The position numbers and the translations under genes are program-made. The notes beneath the pieces were generated by a model. The model was given only the letters and a program-made list of their open reading frames with translations, was not told the origin of the DNA and searched no databases. This document shows positions 37,163 to 46,300 of a DNA stretch of 64,000 nucleotides, in pieces. The DNA comes from Gemmatimonadota bacterium (GTDB lineage: Bacteria > Gemmatimonadota > Gemmatimonadetes > Palauibacterales > Palauibacteraceae). The stretch spans positions 71,677 to 135,676 of the forward strand of contig JAJEEM010000059.1 in assembly GCA_022820995.1 (NCBI GenBank), written 5' to 3'. Position 1 is the first letter of the stretch. Each line of letters opens with the position of its first letter.

Positions 37163-38488
37163 ATGAATAAACGCACGACGAAGGACGTGAAGCGGGTCGC
37201 CCTGGCGTATTCCGGCGGCCTCGACACATCGGTGATGGTCACCTGGCTGAAAGAGAACTACGGCTGCGAAGTCGTCGCGGCCGTCGTGGACGTCGGACAG
37301 CGGGAAGACTTCGACGAGATCCGCGACAAGGCGCTGGCGACGGGGGCCGTCGCCTGCCGGGTCGTCGATCTCCGCGAGCGGTTCCTCACCGAGTGCGCCT
37401 TCCCGGCGCTCAGGGCCGGGGCCGTGTACGAGGGCCGCTACCTGCTCGGGACCTCCCTCGCCCGGCCCGTGATCGCGGCCGCCCAGGTCGAGGTCGCGCG
37501 CGAGTTCGACTGCGACGCCGTCGCGCACGGCTGCACCGGCAAGGGCAACGACCAGGTCCGCTTCGAACTCGCCTACCAGGCGCTCGCTCCGGATCTCACC
37601 GTCATCGCCCCCTGGCGCGAATGGGAGATCGCGTCGCGCGAGGACGCCTTCGCCTATGCCGCGGAGCGGGACATCCGCGTGCCGGGCAGCCCCCGGAAGC
37701 TCTACAGCATCGACCGTAATCTGTGGCACACCTCGTTCGAGGGCGGCATCCTCGAGGACCCGACGGCGGCGACGCCGGACGAGTTGCGCGAACTCACGGT
37801 GGACCCGGCCGAGGCGCCGGACACGCCGGAGGATGTCGTGATCTCGTTCGAGCACGGGGTTCCGGTCGCGCTCGACGGCGAGGCGCTCGATCCGGTGACG
37901 CTCGTGCAGAGGCTGAACGAGACGGCGGGCGCCCACGGCGTGGGGCGGGTCGACCTCGTGGAGAACCGGCTTGTGGGCATGAAGAGCCGCGGAGTCTACG
38001 AGACGCCGGCCGGGACCGTCCTCCTCGCCGCGCTCGCGGACCTGGAGGCGCTCACGCTCGACCGCGACACGGCGGGCTTCAAGCGCGGCATCGCGGACCG
38101 GTACGGGGAACTCGTCTACCAGGGTCTCTGGTTCTCGCCGCTGCGGGCGGCGTTCGACGCGTTCCTCGACGAGGCGCACGCCATGTCGACCGGAGACGTG
38201 ACCGTGCGGCTGTTCAAGGGTTCCGCGATGCCCGTCGCGCGGACGTCCCGCTACTCGCTGTACCGGGAGGACCTCGCCACGTTCGAGGAGGACTCGGTCT
38301 ACGACCAGGCCGACGCGGGCGGGTTCGTCCGCCTGTGGGGCCTCCCCTCGAGTCTCGCCGCGCGGGTGCGGGCGAGGGCGGCGGAAGGCGACCGGGGCTG
38401 GGCCGCGTCCGCTTCCGTCGAGACCGTCCGAAGCTCGGCGAAGCCGATGCAGCGGCCCGGGCGGGCGGTAGCATCCGGGTCGCGCTGA
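37163..38488 (+). CDS. argG: argininosuccinate synthase
   Basis: MNKRTTKDVKRVALAYSGGLDTSVMVTWLKE (PP-loop SGGxDTS); full-length homology. Confidence 0.95.
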   Translation: MNKRTTKDVKRVALAYSGGLDTSVMVTWLKENYGCEVVAAVVDVGQREDFDEIRDKALATGAVACRVVDLRERFLTECAFPALRAGAVYEGRYLLGTSLARPVIAAAQVEVAREFDCDAVAHGCTGKGNDQVRFELAYQALAPDLTVIAPWREWEIASREDAFAYAAERDIRVPGSPRKLYSIDRNLWHTSFEGGILEDPTAATPDELRELTVDPAEAPDTPEDVVISFEHGVPVALDGEALDPVTLVQRLNETAGAHGVGRVDLVENRLVGMKSRGVYETPAGTVLLAALADLEALTLDRDTAGFKRGIADRYGELVYQGLWFSPLRAAFDAFLDEAHAMSTGDVTVRLFKGSAMPVARTSRYSLYREDLATFEEDSVYDQADAGGFVRLWGLPSSLAARVRARAAEGDRGWAASASVETVRSSAKPMQRPGRAVASGSR

Positions 38489-38496
38489 ACCGCCCG

Positions 38497-39963
38497 ATGC
38501 CGGATGAAGCTCTCTGGGGAGGGCGCTTCGCGGCGCCCGTCCATCCGGCGATCCAGGAGTTCACGAACTCACTGCCGTTCGACCGCCGGCTGGTTCGGCA
38601 CGACCTCCTCGCGAGCCTCGCGCACGCCCGCATGCTGCGCGAGACGGAGATCCTCCCCGGGAGCGACAGCGACCTGATCCTGTCCGGCCTGTCGGAGATC
38701 CTGCGGGAGGTGGAGACGGGGGAACTCGAGGTCGAAGGCCCGGACGAGGACGTGCACACGTGGATCGAACGCACGCTCGTCGAGCGCGTGGGAGACGCCG
38801 GCAAGCGCCTCCACACGGCGAGGAGCCGGAACGATCAGACGGCGGTCGCGCTCAGGCTCTACGTGCGCGAGCGCCTCGAGGACATCCTCTCCGGGGTCGC
38901 GGGGCTGCAGCGCGTGCTGACCCGCGAGGCGGCCTCGTTCCGCGAGACCTTTCTTCCCGGCTACACGCACCTCCAGCCGGGGCAGCCGGTGAGCCTCGCG
39001 CACCACCTTCTCGCCCACGTGGCCTCGCTCGGCGCGGACGCGGAACGGCTCCGGGCCGCGCACCGGCTGGCCGGCGTGTCGCCGCTCGGCGCGGGGGCGC
39101 TCGCGGGCACGTCGTTTCCCGTCGACCCGGCCCGCAGCGCCGCGCTGCTCGGGCTCGACCGCACCTTCGCCAACAGCATGCACATCGTGGGCGACCGCGA
39201 CTACGTGCTCGACGCGGCCTACGCGTGCGCCATGCTCTCCGTGCATCTGTCGCGCTGGGCGGATGAGATCGTGCTCTGGTCGACGCGGGAGTTCGGGTTC
39301 ATCGAACTCGACGACTCGGTGGCGCAGGGCAGCAGCATCATGCCGCAGAAGAAGAACCCCGAGGCGGCCGAGATCCTGCGCGGGAAGTCGGCCCGGGCGA
39401 TCGGGAACGTGACGGCGCTGCTCGCGCTGATGAAGGGTCTTCCGCTCACGTTCCACAGCGACTTTCAGGAAGACAAGGAACGCCTGTTCGACACGCTCGA
39501 CACGGCGGACTGGTCCCTCGCCGCAGCGATTGCGGTGGCGCGGGGTGTTAACTACCGCACGGATGTGATGGAGGCCGCGCTCGCGGGCGGGATGCTGACC
39601 GCCACCGAACTCGCCGACCATCTCGTCCGCCGCGGCGTCCCGTTCCGGCGGGCGCACCACCAGGTCGGCGAGGCGGTGCGCCTGGCCGAGGAAGGCGGAG
39701 TGGAATTATGGGAGTTGGACTTCGAGACGCTGCGGACGTGCTGTCCTTCCGTGGGAGACGACGTACACGAAGTGCTGCGGCCGCATGCCGCCGTCGCGGC
39801 GCACGATTCGCCCGGCGGGCCGGCGCCGGGGCGCGTGCTGGAGCAGTTGCAGGAAGTCGATCGCGAGCTGGCGGCGCTCGAAGCCTGGCTGGACGGGCGC
39901 AGCGATCCGCCGATCCGGCGCGCCCACCTCGAGGAGCGGCTCCTGGACGCGGAGATCGCATGA
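38497..39963 (+). CDS. argH: argininosuccinate lyase
   Basis: LWGGRFAAPVHPAIQEF..., GSSIMPQKKNPEAAEILRGK (fumarate lyase signature). Confidence 0.95.
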   Translation: MPDEALWGGRFAAPVHPAIQEFTNSLPFDRRLVRHDLLASLAHARMLRETEILPGSDSDLILSGLSEILREVETGELEVEGPDEDVHTWIERTLVERVGDAGKRLHTARSRNDQTAVALRLYVRERLEDILSGVAGLQRVLTREAASFRETFLPGYTHLQPGQPVSLAHHLLAHVASLGADAERLRAAHRLAGVSPLGAGALAGTSFPVDPARSAALLGLDRTFANSMHIVGDRDYVLDAAYACAMLSVHLSRWADEIVLWSTREFGFIELDDSVAQGSSIMPQKKNPEAAEILRGKSARAIGNVTALLALMKGLPLTFHSDFQEDKERLFDTLDTADWSLAAAIAVARGVNYRTDVMEAALAGGMLTATELADHLVRRGVPFRRAHHQVGEAVRLAEEGGVELWELDFETLRTCCPSVGDDVHEVLRPHAAVAAHDSPGGPAPGRVLEQLQEVDRELAALEAWLDGRSDPPIRRAHLEERLLDAEIA

Positions 39964-39979
39964 ACCGCCAGAGGCTCTC

Positions 39980-40447
39980 ATGACCCCCGACCGTCGCAGG
40001 ACCCGCGAGCGGGCGATCCTTCATATCATCGACACGCAGGAGATCCGGAGCCAGATCGAACTCGTGGCGGCGCTCGCGCGAGAGGGGATCTCGACCACGC
40101 AGACGACGCTGTCGCGGGACTTCCGGCGCCTCGGCATCGTGAAGCGGGCCGACGCCGGCGGACCCAGGTATCACCGGCCCGGACGAGACACGACGACGCC
40201 CTCGCCGCGGCGCATGCTGGCGGCGACGCTGAGCGAACTGGCGCTGGACGTCGGTCCGGGCAACGCGCTGTTCGCGATCCGCACGCTGAGCGGCTGCGCC
40301 AACGCCGTCGCGATCTCCATCGACCAGGCGGATCTGGAGGGAGTCCTCGCGACGGTGGCGGGAGATGACACGATCCTCGTGCTGTGCAGCGACGCGGAGA
40401 CCCGTTCCCGCCTCGTGGGCGAGTTCAGGTCGCTCGCCAAACTCTGA
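39980..40447 (+). CDS. argR: arginine repressor
   Basis: IRSQIELVAALAREGISTTQTTLSRDFRRLGIVK (wHTH) ... GDDTILVLCSD (C-terminal oligomerisation/Arg-binding). Confidence 0.85.
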   Translation: MTPDRRRTRERAILHIIDTQEIRSQIELVAALAREGISTTQTTLSRDFRRLGIVKRADAGGPRYHRPGRDTTTPSPRRMLAATLSELALDVGPGNALFAIRTLSGCANAVAISIDQADLEGVLATVAGDDTILVLCSDAETRSRLVGEFRSLAKL

Positions 40448-40458
40448 ACCCGCGCCGC

Positions 40459-40484
40459 GCGCAGCCGCGACGACGCGGCTGCGC
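40459..40484. terminator. perfect 11-bp-stem hairpin (gcgcagccgcg-acga-cgcggctgcgc) between convergent argR and amidohydrolase
   Basis: Read directly; 12 nt after argR stop, 6 nt before opposite-strand stop; no T-tract. Confidence 0.5.
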
Positions 40485-40489
40485 ACCGG

Positions 40490-42022
40490 CTAGCGCGTGC
40501 CGCTCGTGATCGCCTGGCCCGGGTAGGCGCCGGGCACGAGTTCTCCGTCCCGGACCACGGCCGTCCCCTCGACGAGCAGGTGCATCACGCCCTCCGAGGG
40601 CGCCGCCGGCTCCGCGTACGTCGCGCGGTCGATGATCGTCTCCGGATCGAACACGACGATGTCCGCGTCCGCGCCGACCTGGACCCTTCCCTTCCGCGCC
40701 ATGACCGGGGCGAACCCCTCGACCCGCTGCGCCGGCAAAATCGTCATCTTCGCGAGGGCGTCCATCAGGCTCAGCGCCCCGCGCTCGCGCACGTAGTATC
40801 CGAGCACCCGTGAATAGGTGCCGGCGCCGCGCGGGTGGATCGCCTGGTACAGATAGGGGATCCCGTCGCTCGCCACGATCACGTCGGGCTGCGCGACGAT
40901 CCACTCGTTCGTCTCCTCGTCCCTCCCGTGGATCACGACCCAGCCGCCCTGCTCCCGGTAGCGCCGGAAGCTCTCCGCGTTCAGCCGTTCCGGCGTCCCC
41001 GACCACTGCAGCCGGCCGTATTCCTCGTCGGAGAGGCCCTCCCACGAGTCGAACAGCGCCGATTCGATCCGCGTCGAACCCGCCGTGTAGGGGTAGGACT
41101 CCGTCGTGATGTCGATCCCGCGCGCCTGCGCCCCGCGGATCATCTCCAGCGTCGTGCGCGCCATCTCGTCGGCGCTCGAGTTCATGTGGACGATGTGGAG
41201 CGAGGCCCCCGTCGCGAGCGCGTTCGCGATCACCTCCTGGAACGCCCCCAGCGTCCCGCCCGAATTCTCGCCCCGGATGTGCACGTAGGCCGGCGCTCCC
41301 TGCGCGGCCGCGAGCTGGAAGACGCGGTAGATCTCAGTCCGCGAGGCGCCGGGCGTGTACGTGATGCCGAACCCGATCCCGAGCCCGCCTTCCTCCAGGC
41401 CGGAGGCGATAAGGCCGTTCAGTTCGAGAATCTGGTCGTCGTCCAAATTGCTGTACACCGCTTCCGACTCGAACGGGCTGGGCTCTCCGGGCGGCGTCAT
41501 CGTCGAGTGCCCCGCGTCCACGCCCGTGACGAGCTTGACGCGCGCGCCGGGGTGGCTCACCGTCGCCCCGAAGTGGATGGGGGCCGTCCCTTCGCGGGAG
41601 GCGACCCACTCGGCCACCGGGTACACGCCGATCTCCATCTCGAGGGCCGTCGTCACGCCGTCGAGCGCCTGGAGCTTCGCGCTCACCGTGTCCTGCCCGT
41701 GCGCGTGCAGGTCGACGAAGCCGGGCGCGACGACCAGGCCGGTGGCGTCGATCGTGTCCCGTCCCGCGACGCCCCCCTCCGCGACCGCCGTGATGCGCCC
41801 ATCCGCGACCGCGACATCGCGTACGGCATCGAGGCGCGTCTCCGGGTCCATGACCCGGCCGCCGAGTATGACGAGATCCGCGACGCCTTCCGCTCCGGCC
41901 GCCGGGTCCCCGCTTCCGGGGTCACTCTCGGGGGAAGCGCACGCCGCGAACGCGAGGGCCACCAGCCACGCCGCCCGCCGTCCGCGACCGCCCGTGCGGC
42001 CCGCGGTGCGCTGAATCGTCAT
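40490..42022 (-). CDS. amidohydrolase family (N-acyl-D-amino-acid deacylase-like), lipoprotein
   Basis: LVALAFAACASP lipobox; VAPGFVDLHAHGQ metal-binding motif. Confidence 0.75.
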   Translation of the reverse strand: MTIQRTAGRTGGRGRRAAWLVALAFAACASPESDPGSGDPAAGAEGVADLVILGGRVMDPETRLDAVRDVAVADGRITAVAEGGVAGRDTIDATGLVVAPGFVDLHAHGQDTVSAKLQALDGVTTALEMEIGVYPVAEWVASREGTAPIHFGATVSHPGARVKLVTGVDAGHSTMTPPGEPSPFESEAVYSNLDDDQILELNGLIASGLEEGGLGIGFGITYTPGASRTEIYRVFQLAAAQGAPAYVHIRGENSGGTLGAFQEVIANALATGASLHIVHMNSSADEMARTTLEMIRGAQARGIDITTESYPYTAGSTRIESALFDSWEGLSDEEYGRLQWSGTPERLNAESFRRYREQGGWVVIHGRDEETNEWIVAQPDVIVASDGIPYLYQAIHPRGAGTYSRVLGYYVRERGALSLMDALAKMTILPAQRVEGFAPVMARKGRVQVGADADIVVFDPETIIDRATYAEPAAPSEGVMHLLVEGTAVVRDGELVPGAYPGQAITSGTR

Positions 42023-43416
42023 GCGACCACCTTTCCGGGGTTCATGAGGCCCTTCGGGTCGAGCGCGTCCTTGATCGAGCGCATGGCGTCGACCGCGTCT
42101 CCGTGCTGCGCCCGCATGTAGGGGACCTTCCCGTAGCCGACCCCGTGCTCGCCGGTGCAGGTGCCCCCGACCGAGATCGCCTGCTCGATCATGCGCGCGT
42201 TCACCCGCTTCGCGCGCGCCATCTCCTCCTCATCGTCCGGATCGATGATGAAGAGGACGTGGAAGTTGCCGTCTCCGGCGTGGGCGACGATCGGGGCGAG
42301 GAGGCCCTCCGCGTCGATGTCCTCGCGGGTCTTGAGGAGACAGTCGGCGAGCGAGGAGATCGGGACGCAGACATCCGTCGCCCAGCCCCGGGCGCCCGGG
42401 CGGAGGGCGAGCGACGCGTAGTAGGCCTCGTGCCGGGCGGCCCACAGCCGCGACCGTTCCTCGGCCCGCGTGGCCCACTCGAAGTCCGTCCCGCCGAGTT
42501 CCTTCGCGATGAGACCCACCTCGGCCGACTGTTCCTCGACGCCGGCGGCCGACCCGTGGAACTCGAAGAAGAGCGTGGGCCGCACCGGGTAGTCGAAGTC
42601 GGAAAACCGGTTCACCGCATCCATCTGCACGTCGTCGAGGAGTTCGACCCGCGCGACGGGCACCCCGCTCTGAATCGTGTAGATCACCGCGTCCACCGCG
42701 TCGGCCAACGTCGGGAAGAAGCACACCGCCGAGGCGATCGCTTCCGGGATCCCGTGCAGCCGGAGGAGGACCTCCGTGATGATGCCGATCGTGCCCTCGG
42801 AGCCGAGGAAGAGCCGCGTGAGATCGTAGCCCGCGGATGATTTTCTCGCGCGCCCGCCCGTCCGGATCACCGTCCCGTCCGGGAGCACGACGGTGAGCCC
42901 GAGCACGTTCTCGCGCATCGTGCCGTAGCGGACCGTGGTCGTCCCGGAAGCGCCGGTCGCGGCCATCCCGCCCAGGCTCGCGTCGGCGCCCGGGTCGATG
43001 GGGAAGAAGAGGCCCGTCCCCTTCAGGTGCTGCTCCAGCGCCTTGCGCGTCATCCCCGCCTCGACGCGGCAGTCCATGTCCTCGGGGTTGAGGTCGACGA
43101 GGCGCGTGAGGCCGCTCGTGGCGATCGTCACCCCGCCGCGGAGGGCGGCGACGTGCCCTTCGAGCGAGGTCCCGGCCCCGAACCCGATCATCGGGACGCC
43201 GTGCCGGTGGCAGGCGCGCACGGCCGCGGACACCTCCGCCGTGGACTCGGGGAAGACGACCGCGTCGGGCGGCTCGTTGGCGTGGAACGACTCGCCTTCG
43301 CCGTGCTGCCGACGCATCGCTTCGGCCGTCGTGAACCGGTCGCCGAACACCTCTTCGAGTTCGGTCTCGAGCGCCGCCGGGAGCGGGGTCCGTTGCGTCG
43401 GTGCGGTCGTGCTCAT
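42019..43416 (-). CDS. FAD-linked oxidase (D-lactate dehydrogenase/GlcD family)
   Basis: FAD-binding PCMH region VVFPESTAEVSAAVRACHRHGVPMIGFGAGTSLEG...; C-terminal GTCTGEHGVGYGK. Confidence 0.8.
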   Translation of the reverse strand: MSTTAPTQRTPLPAALETELEEVFGDRFTTAEAMRRQHGEGESFHANEPPDAVVFPESTAEVSAAVRACHRHGVPMIGFGAGTSLEGHVAALRGGVTIATSGLTRLVDLNPEDMDCRVEAGMTRKALEQHLKGTGLFFPIDPGADASLGGMAATGASGTTTVRYGTMRENVLGLTVVLPDGTVIRTGGRARKSSAGYDLTRLFLGSEGTIGIITEVLLRLHGIPEAIASAVCFFPTLADAVDAVIYTIQSGVPVARVELLDDVQMDAVNRFSDFDYPVRPTLFFEFHGSAAGVEEQSAEVGLIAKELGGTDFEWATRAEERSRLWAARHEAYYASLALRPGARGWATDVCVPISSLADCLLKTREDIDAEGLLAPIVAHAGDGNFHVLFIIDPDDEEEMARAKRVNARMIEQAISVGGTCTGEHGVGYGKVPYMRAQHGDAVDAMRSIKDALDPKGLMNPGKVVA

Positions 43417-43523
43417 GCCGGACGTTGCCGCCGGGCCCCGCCGTTCGTCAAACGCGCCCCGAAGGACGGCGATCCCGCGGGCGGTCTCTTGACCCGTCCC
43501 GTCGCCACCCGGACTTTGCGCGC

Positions 43524-44000
43524 ATGGACATGCGTGGAGTGATGCTCTTTCTGCATCTGGTCGGGCTGGCGCTGTGGTTCGGCGTCACCTTTTCGCTCGC
43601 GATCCTCGGCGTCCGGGCCAACAAGACGGGCGACCGGAACGTGATCGCGTTCACCTACCGCGCCGGCCACCGGCTGCTCCGGGGCCCCGGGCTCCTCGGC
43701 ATGCTGCTGACCACGATCGCCGGCTTCGGCCTCGCCGGACTCGGCGGCTACGGCGTCTTCCGTCTCACGCCGCACTGGCAGTTTCAGATGCAGGTGCTGG
43801 GGCTCATCGCCTTCGTGCTCGCGGTCGCGGTCCAGATCCCCAACTCGGGCCGGCTCGCGCGCGCCGCGGAGGCTTCCGCCAACGCCGACGAGGACAGCGC
43901 CTCGTTCGTCCGCTTCCGGAAGACGAACGCGATCGTCGCCTCGATCAACGGCGCCCTGATCCTCATCGTCACGCTCCTGGGCACCATCCGCCCCATGTAA
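43524..44000 (+). CDS. hypothetical 4-TM membrane protein
   Basis: MDMRGVMLFLHLVGLALWFGVTFSLAILGV..., hydrophobic segments; no recognisable motif. Confidence 0.4.
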   Translation: MDMRGVMLFLHLVGLALWFGVTFSLAILGVRANKTGDRNVIAFTYRAGHRLLRGPGLLGMLLTTIAGFGLAGLGGYGVFRLTPHWQFQMQVLGLIAFVLAVAVQIPNSGRLARAAEASANADEDSASFVRFRKTNAIVASINGALILIVTLLGTIRPM

Positions 44001-44007
44001 GACGGGT

Positions 44008-46299
44008 TCAGTCGGAGGGCGAGGCGAAACTGCCGAGTTGCGCGAAGTGGTTTGCGCGCCTGTAGGCCCATTCCGCAGCCTCCAAGTTCCCGTGCAACTC
44101 CTCGGAAGCTCCCTGGAAGATGTGCGCCGTGTAGTAGGCGCCGGGGATGTTCGACCTGGTGGAAGGATCCGGCCACTCGTCCCATGCCAGGACGTCATCC
44201 ACGAGGAACACGCCTTCCAGCAGTTGTCCGGTGCGGATCCGGTCGTTCCACGCCGGCAGCCCCGAACCCCGGAAGTACTCGCCCAGGTCGACGAGCGCCT
44301 CGGATGCCTGGAGCGGACCGTCCACGAGTTTGAAGGCGAGGCCCTGCCGGACGAGGTGCGGCTGCAGCTGCCAACGGTCCCACAGGGGCCTCGCCGTGGA
44401 CGCGAAGTACACCGGCCGGTCCCCCAGAGACTGCCGCGCGATCTGGAACACGCGGATATCGGCTGGCGATAGAACGTCGCCTTCCCTCAGCGGACCCGTG
44501 ATCCAGTCGGAAAGCCGATAGGTCGAGTCCTCGGATATGGACTGCCCCCGCGAGAGGGCATCGATCCCCGTACCGGATGGAGGGATGGCCGAGCGCGTCG
44601 GCGGGGTCGCGGCCATCTCCGCGTACAGGTCCGCCGCCGTCGCCGGGTCGAACGGCCGCTGGCACACGATCGTCGTGGGGGCGTCCTCGGGCGACTCTCC
44701 CGGCCCGCACGGCTTCGTCAGCCGCCGCAGTTGCCGGTGGTACCAGTCCGTCCCCAGGTACGACTGCACGATCACGGTCACGTCGCGCCGGATCCCCTCG
44801 ACTTCCTGCAGATACCAGAGCGGGAAGGTGTCGTTGTCGCCGTAGGTGAAGAGCACGGCGTAGGGTTCGACGGACTGCAGCATGTTGTAGGCGAGGTTGC
44901 GGGCGGCGCGGTCCCCGCTCCGGTCGGCCCGGGCGAAGTTGAAGAAGAAGGGGATGAGGCCGAGCGCGAGGAGCGCCGCCGCCTTCCGGTGCCGGGGGCC
45001 GAACCCCGCCGGCACCCACTCAGGATCGCGCGCCGGGGCAGATGCCGTCCAGCGTCCCCACAGGGCGGCGAGTCCCAGCCCGGCGTAGATCCCCCACATC
45101 TGGAAGCCGATGATGAAGAAGTAGTCGCGTTCGCGGACCTCGTGGGCGTCGAGGAGCGGCGCCTCCTCCCAGTACATCGAGTAGCCGTATTTGAAGTTCA
45201 GGTAGTAGACGAGCAGCAGCGTGACGGTGAAGAAGAGCGTGCCCGCGTAGACGAACGTCTTCCGGTCGCGCCGGAGATGGGTCCACATCCCGACCAGCGC
45301 GAGGAACAGGAAGAGGATGCTCGCGGCGACCCGCGCGCCCGGCGGCAGCGAGCGCGCCCACTGCCAGTCGAAGTACTGCCAGTAGTTCGCGTACTGGGCC
45401 GAGAGCGGCGCCTGGCGCAGCGTGACCGGGGTCGGCGCGTACTGGGCGCGGATCAGTGAGAGGGCGAGCGGCTCGCACGCCACGGCGAGCTTGCTCTGCC
45501 CGTAGGGGTCGTCGATCCGCCGCGGCGTGACGGCCGAGAGGAGCGTCGGACACTCGGGGTCCGCCTCGTCGATGACCGGGTTCTGCGCCGAGCGGATGGG
45601 GACGAAGAGGAACTGCAGCGAGTACCCCACCGCGAGCAGCGCGACGGCGGGCCCCAGGACGCGCGGGTTCAGGGCGGCCCGCCAGCGGTGCACCAGCACG
45701 AACGCGGCCAGCGCCAGCGCCGGGAGCATCGACATCGTGTGGTTCGCCCACCCCAGCCCGAGCACGAGCGCGATGAGCAGGAGGAGGCGGTTGCCGCGCA
45801 CCGTGTCCGCTCGGTCCATCCAGACCATGGCGAGGTAGCTCACGAGGGCCACGACGAACATCGAGAGAGGATAGACCTTCTCGTTCAGGTTCGACTGCGT
45901 CCACACGGTGAAGGCGGTGGCCCCGATCCACACGGCGGCGACCGCGGCGACGAGCACCTCGTGCCGGTTCTCGCGGAAGCGCCCGACGATGCGGACCACA
46001 GCCAGGAACCAGAAGAAGCTCGCCCCCGCGGAGAGGGTGGCGCCGAGCGCGTTGATCCGCAGCGCGACGGGGAGGCCCGTGAACCCGGTCAGGAGGTCCC
46101 ACGCGCGGCCGACGACGACGAAGAGCGGATTCCCCGGCGGGTGGGGGAGCCCGAGGATGTGCGCCGTGGTCACGTACTCCGACGCATCCCAGAACCCGAC
46201 CGTCGGAGCCAGCGTCAGGAGATAGAGGACCCAGATCGTCGCCGCGGTCAGCAGCCCCCAGGCCCGCAGCGTCAGCCGGCCGACCTTCTCCCGCTCCAC
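44008..46299 (-). CDS. DUF2723-family (GT-C-fold, protein O-mannosyltransferase-like) membrane protein with C-terminal TPR-like region
   Basis: GFWDASEYVTTAHILGLPHPPGNPLFVVVGR = DUF2723 N-terminal hallmark; start GTG 46299 immediately after paralog stop (track's 46329 is TTG). Confidence 0.7.
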   Translation of the reverse strand: MEREKVGRLTLRAWGLLTAATIWVLYLLTLAPTVGFWDASEYVTTAHILGLPHPPGNPLFVVVGRAWDLLTGFTGLPVALRINALGATLSAGASFFWFLAVVRIVGRFRENRHEVLVAAVAAVWIGATAFTVWTQSNLNEKVYPLSMFVVALVSYLAMVWMDRADTVRGNRLLLLIALVLGLGWANHTMSMLPALALAAFVLVHRWRAALNPRVLGPAVALLAVGYSLQFLFVPIRSAQNPVIDEADPECPTLLSAVTPRRIDDPYGQSKLAVACEPLALSLIRAQYAPTPVTLRQAPLSAQYANYWQYFDWQWARSLPPGARVAASILFLFLALVGMWTHLRRDRKTFVYAGTLFFTVTLLLVYYLNFKYGYSMYWEEAPLLDAHEVRERDYFFIIGFQMWGIYAGLGLAALWGRWTASAPARDPEWVPAGFGPRHRKAAALLALGLIPFFFNFARADRSGDRAARNLAYNMLQSVEPYAVLFTYGDNDTFPLWYLQEVEGIRRDVTVIVQSYLGTDWYHRQLRRLTKPCGPGESPEDAPTTIVCQRPFDPATAADLYAEMAATPPTRSAIPPSGTGIDALSRGQSISEDSTYRLSDWITGPLREGDVLSPADIRVFQIARQSLGDRPVYFASTARPLWDRWQLQPHLVRQGLAFKLVDGPLQASEALVDLGEYFRGSGLPAWNDRIRTGQLLEGVFLVDDVLAWDEWPDPSTRSNIPGAYYTAHIFQGASEELHGNLEAAEWAYRRANHFAQLGSFASPSD

Positions 46300-46300
46300 G

